NCBI GenBank assembly: GCA_902806325.1
Contig: CADCWE010000201.1
Location: forward strand, 1,030 to 65,029
Reading direction: 5' to 3'
DNA length: 64,000 nucleotides
Source of the DNA: an uncultured Thermomicrobiales bacterium
GTDB taxonomy: Bacteria; Chloroflexota; Chloroflexia; Thermomicrobiales; UBA6265
Shown here: positions 48,743-56,461 of the stretch, piece after piece
Numbering within the stretch: position 1 is the stretch's first letter
Layout of the letters: each line of letters begins with the position of its first letter
Notes under the pieces: generated by a model
Seen by the model: only the letters and a program-made list of their open reading frames with translations
What the model was told of the DNA's origin: nothing
Database searches by the model: none
Made by a program: the position numbers and the translations under genes

Positions 48743-49195
48743 CTAGCTCGCGTTGGTGGTGGGAAGCGTGATTTCTTCCCGGACCACAAGACCGAGCGCC
48801 CGAATCACCTCGCCGACGCGTTGGAGACTCGCCGCGGCGTAGTCCGTCGCCTCGTAGCGCTGGATCTGTTGTTCCTGGATCCCGAGCCGCTCGGCAAGCT
48901 CGCGTTGGGTCAACCCGACCGCGATTCGCGCCGCGATCAGGGCGTGGGGCAATCCCTCGAACGATTCGACCGCGAGCGTCGCCGGCCCCCCACGTTTCAG
49001 CGCCTCGTACTCCATGATCTCCCGCCGCAGATCGTGGATTTGGCTTTCGAGGGCATCGCGGTCGATCTGCTGGAACAGCTGGTCGTCCGAGTCGTCGGGA
49101 AACGTGCGCTGGCGGACTTCCGCCAAAGCATCCACGAAGCCGCCAAGTTGGCGCTTCGTGATCTGGTACTGTCGCTCATTCTTGATCATGGCCAC
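48743..49195 (-). CDS. XRE-family HTH protein with an N-terminal helical extension (antitoxin-like)
   Basis: 150 aa. C-terminal HTH IAARIAVGLTQRELAERLGIQEQQIQRYEATDY. N-terminus IKNERQYQITKRQL... is helical. The start overlaps the upstream gene by 10 nt. Confidence 0.8.
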   Translation of the reverse strand: MAMIKNERQYQITKRQLGGFVDALAEVRQRTFPDDSDDQLFQQIDRDALESQIHDLRREIMEYEALKRGGPATLAVESFEGLPHALIAARIAVGLTQRELAERLGIQEQQIQRYEATDYAAASLQRVGEVIRALGLVVREEITLPTTNAS

Positions 49196-49626
49196 GTCCT
49201 CAGGTCAAGGGCAACGATGCCTTTAGGTTCGCCCGTCTGCTTGTCGCTCTGGAAAAAACTGAGGAACGGTGATCCTGCGCTGTCGGCCACCGATTGCGCG
49301 CGAAACAGTTCGCCATGGTACTTTGCCTTCTGGGTCGCCCGTCCCGGATCGAACGTGCGTAGCGCGGGGTCGAGTCGTCTCGGATCGACGCCGGTGCTGT
49401 CCCAGCAGGCGTCAAAATCTCCCGGAATCGGCTTGGTAGTGACGAAGCTACCATCGACGTAGACGGTTCGGCACCCGGCCGCCTTGAGATCGGACAACGC
49501 CAGCCGGAGTCCGGCGAGCAACCGCCGCCGATGCTCGTTCGCCCCAAACCGGGTCACGAACTCGTCCCACGTTGCCCAATGGATTCCGGGTTGGAGGTTG
49601 CCGCCGGGATCGGCGTTCGGAATCAT
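49186..49626 (-). CDS. Small nucleotidyltransferase-like protein (uncharacterised family; putative toxin/effector)
   Basis: 146 aa. TVYVDGSFVTTKPIPGDFDACW fits the pol-beta NTase pattern G-S-x9-D-x-D. The promoter lies immediately upstream. Confidence 0.65.
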   Translation of the reverse strand: MIPNADPGGNLQPGIHWATWDEFVTRFGANEHRRRLLAGLRLALSDLKAAGCRTVYVDGSFVTTKPIPGDFDACWDSTGVDPRRLDPALRTFDPGRATQKAKYHGELFRAQSVADSAGSPFLSFFQSDKQTGEPKGIVALDLRTWP

Positions 49627-49632
49627 GACCCA

Positions 49633-49661
49633 ACTGTATCGTTGTGTATAGCGAGTGTCAA
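49633..49661 (-). promoter_or_regulatory. Sigma-70-type promoter of the cassette, probably giving a leaderless mRNA
   Basis: On the minus strand: TTGACA (49661-49656), a 17-nt spacer, then TACAGT (49638-49633). Only 6 nt separate the -10 element from the ATG at 49626, and there is no SD. Confidence 0.55.
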
Positions 49662-49697
49662 CGCCGGCAACCGGCAGTCGCCACCGCTCTCCCGCAC

Positions 49698-49805
49698 GGC
49701 ATCATCCCGCCGCCGGAGTTCACCCTCGAAGACGGCGACGAGGTCCGGATCGCGATCGACGGCATCGGGGAACTGGTCAATCCGGTGGTGCGGCCGGCGG
49801 CGTGA
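49698..49805 (+). repeat. Direct repeat, right copy: orphaned 3' fragment of the FAH-family CDS (..GIIPPPEFTLEDGDEVRIAIDGIGELVNPVVRPAA-stop)
   Basis: The 99-nt repeat spans 49698-49796, followed by gcg gcg tga. The stop at 49803-49805 abuts the stop (49806-49808) of the convergent gene. Confidence 0.9.
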
Positions 49806-50021
49806 TCAGGCCATCTTGAGGGACAACGCCGGGAGCGACGCGGTTTCGAGCGTCGTCAGATCCAGCTTCGCCGATGCCCGGTCGATGTCGATCCCGACCG
49901 CGTTGCCGTCCGCGTCGAAATCGACAACCAGCCCGTCGACGATCTCGCGCGCTTCTACCCCAGGGCGATCGACCAGGTCGATGTAGAGCGAATCGGTCTC
50001 GGGATAGTAGTGGAGTTTCAT
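49806..50021 (-). CDS. DUF2283-family small protein (antitoxin-like)
   Basis: ATG at 50021. MKLHYYPETDSLYIDLVDRPGVEAREIVDGLVVDFDADGNAVGIDIDRAS is the DUF2283 pattern. The rest of track ORF 49806-50399 is run-on. Confidence 0.75.
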   Translation of the reverse strand: MKLHYYPETDSLYIDLVDRPGVEAREIVDGLVVDFDADGNAVGIDIDRASAKLDLTTLETASLPALSLKMA

Positions 50022-50427
50022 CGAAATTGGTTCCTCACCGTTGCGGCGGAAGGACGAAGTCGCGATCGGGGAACGCATGGTGAACCGTTTCGCCATCTTC
50101 CAAGGTCCCGACCCGGAGGAGATGGCCGGGAAACTCCAGAACGGTTCCCCAAAACCCAGGCGCACCACCCCCTGCGGAGGGACGGGCGCTGCCGAAACAC
50201 CTGGTCCTCGAAGGACCGCGCCGTGTTGGTTTCGCCACCTCCATGGCTCATCTCCGATGTGAGCAAAGCGCGCGATTCCCTCGGCGGCCGTTCGAATATA
50301 GCGGTCCACGGGGTGTCGCCCGAAGCAACGTCCTTCGCCCTGGCCGCAACCTTGCGGAATCCGCGTGGGCGCGGTTGCCCGCGCGGGCGCCGTGGCCACC
50401 GGATCGGCAATGCGAAGGGGGAGACCA

Positions 50428-50907
50428 ATGTCCGACGACCACAGCCCGGGCGACCGCCGCCAACCCTACTCGGATCGGGGTGGTCCTGCCGCCAGGCACG
50501 CCGAGACCCACGATGTCCGGCGCGAAGCGGCGACCAATCCGACCGGGCCGGAACCGGTGGACGAGAGTTTCGCCGCCCAACTGGCCCCGGACACCTCTGC
50601 CGCCGAACCCGGCGGCCACGCCGACGAGAGCACCTCGGCCGCCGACGACAAGGACATCGCCAGAACGCTCCAAGGGTGGGACGACGGAGAACTCGCCCAG
50701 CTTTCGGTGTTGGAACCCGGCACCGCGCTCGACCAGGGCGGTACCTACGTCGACCTCAACGACCTCGGCCGCGGCCCGTTCAAGGCCATGGGTGGCCACG
50801 AGGCCGGATCGGGCAACCGCTACGTCGCCAAGCGCGACACCGACTACGAACTCTGGAACAAACTCGTCGGCCAGGAGACCGAGGCCCGGGTAGAGCGCCC
50901 GGTCTAA
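50428..50907 (+). CDS. Hypothetical protein (disordered acidic N-terminus, conserved-looking C-terminal domain)
   Basis: AAGGGGGAG SD plus ATG at 50428. C-terminus LSVLEPGTALDQGGTYVDLNDLGRGPFKAMGGHEAGSGNRYVAKRDTDYELWNKL. A clean terminator follows. Confidence 0.6.
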   Translation: MSDDHSPGDRRQPYSDRGGPAARHAETHDVRREAATNPTGPEPVDESFAAQLAPDTSAAEPGGHADESTSAADDKDIARTLQGWDDGELAQLSVLEPGTALDQGGTYVDLNDLGRGPFKAMGGHEAGSGNRYVAKRDTDYELWNKLVGQETEARVERPV

Positions 50908-50946
50908 TCCCCGCCCGGGCGGGCACCCGTTCGCCACCGCCGGATC

Positions 50947-50987
50947 GACGGCCCCCCTCGGAGTCGCGAGGGGGGCCGTCGTTTGTT
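50947..50987 (+). terminator. Intrinsic terminator
   Basis: GACGGCCCCCCTCG-gagtcg-CGAGGGGGGCCGTC followed by gTTTgTT. Confidence 0.7.
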
Positions 50988-51125
50988 CCGGTTCGGCGGG
51001 CGTCGGTCGCGTCCCACCCTGGCCCGGCCCGCCACGTCAGAACGGGGGGCGCTCGTTCGTCTATCGGACGGAGGCGAGCGCCTCATCCGACGGCGGGGCA
51101 CGCGGCCCGCGAAACGGGGGGTACG

Positions 51126-51599
51126 ATGGTTCAGACGATAGCGCGCACGGAGCAGATCGAGCGGAACAAGGTGACGGCGGTGCGGCACACCGAGGCGATG
51201 GTCAGCGGCGACGTCGATCTCCTCGACGAGGTGCTCGACCCGGGGTGGATCAACCACCCGATCGACTTCCATGAGGGCCCCGGGGTGGAAGGGTTCAAGG
51301 CCAAGTCTCGGTGGCTGCACGACCACTTCGCGTTCCACTTCGACCACCAAGACGTCTCGGCCGACGGCGACAAGGTGTGGATCCGATCCCTCGTCACCGG
51401 CACCGCGCGGGGCGAGTTCTTGGGCCACGACCTGGCGGGGACGCCGGTCGCCTTCACGACGCTGGAGTGCCACCGCTTCGCCGGCGGCAAGATCGTCGAG
51501 AGTTGGCACCTCCAAGACTACTACGCGATGCTGGTCCAACTCGGCGCGATCCCGAACGTGATGAACCGGGACCTCGCACCCTACCAAGGCTGGCGCTAG
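51126..51599 (+). CDS. SnoaL-like ester cyclase / NTF2-fold protein
   Basis: ATG at 51126. Motifs: NKVTAVRHTEAM..., GTARGEFLGHDLAGTPVAFTTLECHRFAGGKIVESWHLQDYYAMLVQLG. Confidence 0.8.
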   Translation: MVQTIARTEQIERNKVTAVRHTEAMVSGDVDLLDEVLDPGWINHPIDFHEGPGVEGFKAKSRWLHDHFAFHFDHQDVSADGDKVWIRSLVTGTARGEFLGHDLAGTPVAFTTLECHRFAGGKIVESWHLQDYYAMLVQLGAIPNVMNRDLAPYQGWR

Positions 51600-51651
51600 C
51601 TCCCGGTTCCCCGATCGCTCCACCGCTGTTGTCGCGAGAGGAAGACATCCG

Positions 51652-52014
51652 ATGGCCGAATACATGCTGCTGCTGCGGGGCGGCGAGCGACCGGGCGGCG
51701 ACGACGGGGAGGTCTCCCCGGCCGAGATGCAGGCCCACGTCGCGCCGTACCGGACCTGGCTCGACGACCTGATGCGCCGCGGCCAACTCCGCCACGCAAA
51801 CCGGCTCGGCGACGCGGGGGCGAAGCTCCTGCACCGGAACGGGAGCGGCGCTGGCGTCGTCGTCCTCGACGGCCCCTACACCGAAAGCAAGGACATCGTC
51901 GGCGGCTACTATCTGGTCGCCGCCGCCGACGACGCCGAGGCCGTCGCCATCGCGTCCGGCTGCCCCCACCTGGCCAACGGCGGCTCGGTCGAGATCCGCC
52001 GCGTCGCGGGGTGA
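51652..52014 (+). CDS. YciI-family (DGPF-domain) protein
   Basis: MAEYMLLLRGGE...LDGPYTESKDIVGGYYLVAAADDAEAVAIASGCP. The stop overlaps the start of the downstream sigma-factor gene. Confidence 0.85.
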   Translation: MAEYMLLLRGGERPGGDDGEVSPAEMQAHVAPYRTWLDDLMRRGQLRHANRLGDAGAKLLHRNGSGAGVVVLDGPYTESKDIVGGYYLVAAADDAEAVAIASGCPHLANGGSVEIRRVAG

Positions 52015-53312
52015 CGGCGGCGATGGTATCCGGAGCCGCCCCGCCCGCTCTGCTGCACGCGGCGCTCGACGGCTGGATGCGCCACGAGGCTGCCTCGGCC
52101 CACGCCCGCCTGATCCGCCGCTTCGGCTGGGATCGGGCGGGCCTGGCCGAGGACGCCTTGCAGGAAGCGCTCGTCCGCGCCCTGGAAACGTGGCCGTTCA
52201 AGGGGGTGCCGGACCAGCCGGGTGCCTGGCTCTACGTCGTCGCCGGGAACCGGATGCTGGACGCAATCCGCAGCGCCGCCGAGCGCCGGAGCGTGCCACT
52301 CGACGACGCGCCACAGGTTGGGTTCGTGGCCGAGGGACCGGCGGTCGTCGACCGCGACGCGCTCTCCGACCCCGAGTTGGCGGTGCTGTTCGCGCTCTGC
52401 CACCCTGCGCTCGACACTCCGTCGGCGATCGCCGTCGCGCTCCAGATCCTGTGCGGGTTCACGCTCAGGGAGATCGCGAGCGCCCTCTTGATTAAACCGG
52501 ACGCCGTCGCCCAGCGGGTGTCGCGGGCGAAAGCGACCCTGCGCGGCGTCCCCGGCATCGCTGACACGCCGACCGGTGAGCCGCTGCGGCAACGCCTTGC
52601 GGTCGCCCTCGACGTGGTCGCGCTGATCTTCAACGAGGGCTTCGAGCCGTCCTCGGGAGACCGGCCGGCGCGCGCCGACCTCTGCGCCGAGGCCTTGCGC
52701 TTGGCCGACGCGCTCGCCCACCACCCGGTCACCCGCGGACCCGAGACCCATGCCCTGGCGGCGCTGCTCAACCTGCTCTTCGCTCGCCTGCCGGCGCGCC
52801 TTGCCAATCCCGGCGCGGTGACCCTGCTGCCGGAGCAGGACCGCTCGGTTTGGAGCCGGGAGCACCTGCGCCGTGGCCTCCGCCACCTGGCGGCCAGCGC
52901 CGGCGGCGACCGTATCTCGCGCTACCACCTGCTGGCCGGGATCGCCGCGAGCCACGCCGCCGCGCCCTCGATCGAGGCCACCGACTGGGACGCCATCGTC
53001 GCCGACTACCGGCGACTGGTCAACCTGGAGGACTCCCCCGTGCACCGGCTCAACCTCGCCGTCGCGTTGCAGCGGGCCGGCGAAGGGGTCCTGGCAGCGG
53101 CGGAGATCAAGCGCCTGCTGCCCCTGCCCCAGATGCGCGGCTACTTCTGGTTCCACGTTGCGCGGTCCGAGATCGCGGGCCAGCTTGAGGACCACCACCA
53201 GTCCCGCGCGGCCCTCGCCGACGCCCTTGCGCTGGCCAAGACGGCGGCCCAAGATCGATTCGTGCGGGAGAAGCTCGACGGCGCGGCACGCTGCCCACGC
53301 AGTCCAGGCTAG
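52011..53312 (+). CDS. Long ECF-like sigma-70 family factor (sigma domain plus large C-terminal helical domain)
   Basis: Region 2 is GAWLYVVAGNRMLDAIR. Region 4 HTH is FTLREIASALLIKPDAVAQRVSRAKATL. A C-terminal extension of about 250 aa follows. This is the typical partner of YciI genes. Confidence 0.85.
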   Translation: MTAAMVSGAAPPALLHAALDGWMRHEAASAHARLIRRFGWDRAGLAEDALQEALVRALETWPFKGVPDQPGAWLYVVAGNRMLDAIRSAAERRSVPLDDAPQVGFVAEGPAVVDRDALSDPELAVLFALCHPALDTPSAIAVALQILCGFTLREIASALLIKPDAVAQRVSRAKATLRGVPGIADTPTGEPLRQRLAVALDVVALIFNEGFEPSSGDRPARADLCAEALRLADALAHHPVTRGPETHALAALLNLLFARLPARLANPGAVTLLPEQDRSVWSREHLRRGLRHLAASAGGDRISRYHLLAGIAASHAAAPSIEATDWDAIVADYRRLVNLEDSPVHRLNLAVALQRAGEGVLAAAEIKRLLPLPQMRGYFWFHVARSEIAGQLEDHHQSRAALADALALAKTAAQDRFVREKLDGAARCPRSPG

Positions 53313-53375
53313 CGGCACCATCGGCCCCCGGCCGGGGTCGTCTTCCGCCGCGCCACCGCCGGCGACCGCCCTCGA

Positions 53376-54791
53376 TCAGACGATCCGCTCCCGTAGCCAG
53401 CCCGCGACCTCGGCCAGCGGCACCCGCTCCTGGTTCGTCGTGTCGCGATCACGGATCGTGACCGCCCGATCCTGGAGGGTGTCGAAGTCGACCGTGACGC
53501 AGAACGGCGTACCGATCTCGTCCTGGCGGCGGTAGCGCTTGCCGATGTTGGCCGTCTCGTCGTAGTCGATCAGGGCGCCGGTCTCGGCCTCAAGGGTGTC
53601 GAACAGGGTCTTGGCCACCTCGGTCAACTCCGGCTTCTTCGCCAGCGGCAGCACCGCCGCCTTGTACGGGGCGAGCCGGGGGTGGAGGCGCAAGACGACC
53701 CTGGTGTCCGGTTTGCCGTTGACATCGACCGTCTCTTCTTCGTCGTAGGCGTCGAGCAGGACCACCAGGAAGGTGCGGTCCACCCCAAAGGTCGGCTCGA
53801 TAACGTGGGGCAGGAAGCGGGCGCCGGTCGGTTGGTCGAAGTAGGTCAAATCCTCGCCGGAGTGCTCCTGGTGCTGCTTGAGGTCGAAGTCCGTCCGGTT
53901 GGCCAGGCCGTAGAGTTCCTTCCAGCCCATCGGGCCGGGGAACAGGTACTCGAAGTCCACCGTTCGGCTGGAATAGTGGGACAGCTCTTCCTTGGCGTGC
54001 TCGCGGACGCGGACGTGTTCCTCCCGCACCCCGATCCGGCCGAACCAGGCCCGCATGTCGGCCAGCCAGCGCTCGAAGGCGTCGGCGCCGTCGTCCGGGT
54101 GGACGAAGTATTCGATCTCCATCTGCTCGAACTCGATGTCGCGGAAGATGAAGTTGCCGGGGGTGATCTCGTTGCGGAACGCCTTGCCGATCTGGGCGAT
54201 GCCGAAGGGCAGCTTGACCCGCGACGTGGCGAGGACGTTCTTAAACTGGACGAACATCGCCTGCGCCGTCTCCGGCCGCAGGTAGACCTGGACCCCGGTC
54301 TCCTCGACCGGGCCGATCGTGGTCCGGAACATCATGTTGAACTGGCGGGCATCGGTCAGGGTCCGGTTGCCGCACTTGGGGCAGGGCAGGTTGGCCTGGC
54401 TCAGGATCGCCGACATCTCGTCGGGCGTTTTGCCGGCGGCGTCCTGGCCCAATCGCTCCTCGATCAGGTGATCGGCCCGGAAGCGGCTCTTGCAGGTCTT
54501 GCAATCCACGAGCGGGTCGTTGAAGTTGACGACGTGGCCGGAGGCTTCCCAGACCCGGGGGTGCATCAGGATCCCGCCATCCAAGCCGACCATGTCCCGC
54601 CGTCGCTGGACGAAGGTGCGCCACCAGAGCTGCTTGAGGTTGTTTTTGAGCTCGGCCCCCAGCGGCCCGTAGTCCCAGGTGTTGGCGAGGCCGCCGTAGA
54701 TGTCGGATCCGGGGTAGACGAAGCCGCGCCGCTTGCAGAGGGCGACGATTTTTTCCATCGTCGCGGCGCGGGTCGTCGTGGCGTCTGCCAT
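53376..54791 (-). CDS. glyQS: Glycine--tRNA ligase (dimeric alpha2 type)
   Basis: 471 aa. Motifs: [23 protein letters not shown], class II motifs ([18 protein letters not shown]), and a C-terminal anticodon-binding domain. Confidence 0.95.
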   Translation of the reverse strand: MADATTTRAATMEKIVALCKRRGFVYPGSDIYGGLANTWDYGPLGAELKNNLKQLWWRTFVQRRRDMVGLDGGILMHPRVWEASGHVVNFNDPLVDCKTCKSRFRADHLIEERLGQDAAGKTPDEMSAILSQANLPCPKCGNRTLTDARQFNMMFRTTIGPVEETGVQVYLRPETAQAMFVQFKNVLATSRVKLPFGIAQIGKAFRNEITPGNFIFRDIEFEQMEIEYFVHPDDGADAFERWLADMRAWFGRIGVREEHVRVREHAKEELSHYSSRTVDFEYLFPGPMGWKELYGLANRTDFDLKQHQEHSGEDLTYFDQPTGARFLPHVIEPTFGVDRTFLVVLLDAYDEEETVDVNGKPDTRVVLRLHPRLAPYKAAVLPLAKKPELTEVAKTLFDTLEAETGALIDYDETANIGKRYRRQDEIGTPFCVTVDFDTLQDRAVTIRDRDTTNQERVPLAEVAGWLRERIV

Positions 54792-54921
54792 CGGGTGCTG
54801 CTCCAGTTCTCGGCGCGCGAGGTCGGTATCTCGGTCAAGTGTAGCGGACCGGAGACTGCCCGCCGATCCGTCCCAAACCGGTAGACTGGTTGCCGAGCAC
54901 GGCCGCGAGGAGGAGGATGCG

Positions 54922-55470
54922 ATGGCGGTGTCGGAGCGGACCTACGAGGCGGTGGCGCTAGAAGACCCGCACGGGTTGTGGGAACTCTGGGACGGGCGGT
55001 TGCGGGAGAAACCGGGGATGAGCTTCGAACACGGCGACGCGATGGGGGAGTTGGGATACTTCCTCCGGCGCCAACTCGACGGCGGTCGCTACCGCGTTCA
55101 TTACAACCACGCTCGGGCGCGCCGCTCAGACACGACCGTTTTCATCCCGGATGTGGCGGTGATCCCCATCGAGTACGTGGATCCGTTGCGGGGTCGCCCG
55201 GGCACGCTGGAGATCTACGACGGGCCGCTCCCGTTTGTCGCAGAGATCTGGTCCCCGTCCACCGGCGACTACGACGTGGACGCCAAACTCCCCGAGTACC
55301 AGCGCAGGGGCGACCTCGAGATCTGGCGGCTGCACGCCTACGACCGCACGGTCACGGCCTGGCGACGCCAACCGGACGGTCGTTACGAGGAGGCGTTCTA
55401 CCGCGGCGGGGTCGTGCCGGTCCTCTCATTGCCCGGCGTGACGATCGACCTCGACGAATTGTTCGTCTGA
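54922..55470 (+). CDS. Uma2-family (DUF820) restriction-endonuclease-fold protein
   Basis: GAGGAGGAGGA SD plus ATG at 54922. Motifs: [41 protein letters not shown]. Confidence 0.85.
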   Translation: MAVSERTYEAVALEDPHGLWELWDGRLREKPGMSFEHGDAMGELGYFLRRQLDGGRYRVHYNHARARRSDTTVFIPDVAVIPIEYVDPLRGRPGTLEIYDGPLPFVAEIWSPSTGDYDVDAKLPEYQRRGDLEIWRLHAYDRTVTAWRRQPDGRYEEAFYRGGVVPVLSLPGVTIDLDELFV

Positions 55471-55503
55471 GCCAGCCCATTGGCGCGTTGCCGCGCGCTC
55501 AAG

Positions 55504-56451
55504 TCACGCCTCCGCCGCCTCCCCGAACCCCGCGTCCAGATCCGGGGCGAACCGTGGTCCGTCGTCGCCCGCCAGTTGGCGGTAGACCTGGGTGGTGGAG
55601 ATGCTGACGTGGCCGAGCATCTGCTGAACGTCGCGCAACTCGGTGCCGTCGCGGAGGGCGTGGGTGGCGAAGGAATGGCGCAGGGTGTGGGGGGTGATGT
55701 CGCCGATCCCGGCCTGGTGGGCGTAGGATTTGAGGATCAGCCAAAAGCCCTGACGGGTCAGGCGGTTGCCGCGGTGGTTGAGGAACAGGGCCGCGTCGTC
55801 GCCCAGGGTCAGCATCGGCCGGGCCTCGTCCAAGTAGCGACGCAGGGCGCGGACCGCGCTCTCGCGCAGCGGCACCGTCCGCTCGCGGCCCGCCTTCCCG
55901 GCGCAGCGAACTCCCCCGGCCTCCAGGTTCAGGTCTTCGATGTCGAGGGCGACCAGCTCGCTGACGCGCATCCCGCTGGCGTAGAGGGTCTCCAGCATCG
56001 CCCGGTCGCGCAGGGCCTCTGGCCGCGCGGCGGCGCCGTTGGCGACGGCGGCCGTGTCGGGTTGCTCCAGGAGGCGGGCGACCTCGACCGGGGTGATCGC
56101 CCGGGGGACGTACTTGTCGACCTTGGGCGAACTCATCCCGGCGGCCGGGTCGCTGCCCATCACGCCCTCGACGGAGAGGAAATGGCAGAACGACTTGATC
56201 GCCGCCGTCTTCCGGGCCACAGTCGACGAGGCGTAGTCGCGCTCGCGGAGGTGGAGCAGATAGCCGGTCAAGTGGCCGTCGGTCAGGTCGCACCAACCGG
56301 CGACCGTGGCCCCGCCGTCCGGATCGAACGGATGATCTTCCAGGTACCCCACGAATTGGTGGAGGTCGTTGCGGTAGGCGGCAATGGTGTTGAGCGAGAA
56401 CCCCCGCTCAGCCTCCAGCACCCGGAGGAATTGCTGAACGCTGTCGCGCAT
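55504..56451 (-). CDS. xerD: Tyrosine recombinase, XerD-like
   Basis: Motifs: FLRVLEAERGFSLNTIAAYRNDL, RDRAMLETLYASGMRVSELV, LTRQGFWLILKSYA, HTLRHSFATHAL, LGHVSISTTQVY (R-H-R-Y set). I prefer the ATG at 56451 to the one at 56472. Confidence 0.88.
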   Translation of the reverse strand: MRDSVQQFLRVLEAERGFSLNTIAAYRNDLHQFVGYLEDHPFDPDGGATVAGWCDLTDGHLTGYLLHLRERDYASSTVARKTAAIKSFCHFLSVEGVMGSDPAAGMSSPKVDKYVPRAITPVEVARLLEQPDTAAVANGAAARPEALRDRAMLETLYASGMRVSELVALDIEDLNLEAGGVRCAGKAGRERTVPLRESAVRALRRYLDEARPMLTLGDDAALFLNHRGNRLTRQGFWLILKSYAHQAGIGDITPHTLRHSFATHALRDGTELRDVQQMLGHVSISTTQVYRQLAGDDGPRFAPDLDAGFGEAAEA

Positions 56452-56461
56452 GGTGTTCCCT

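Larger units (their letters stand above)
48722..49697. mobile_element. 976-bp inserted cassette (two genes plus promoter) between the 99-bp direct repeats; no recombinase inside
   Basis: Bounded by duplicated gene-3'-end sequence. Carries overlapping minus-strand genes and an AT-richer promoter patch. The distal repeat abuts the next gene tail-to-tail, as an ancestral gene end would. Confidence 0.55.

Noticed and set aside
55504-56451. The tyrosine recombinase as the integrase of the 48.7-49.7 kb cassette.
   Set aside because: It has full XerD-like colinearity and motif content. It sits 6 kb away among housekeeping genes (ald, glyQS) with no repeat boundaries. It is most simply the chromosomal dimer-resolution recombinase.
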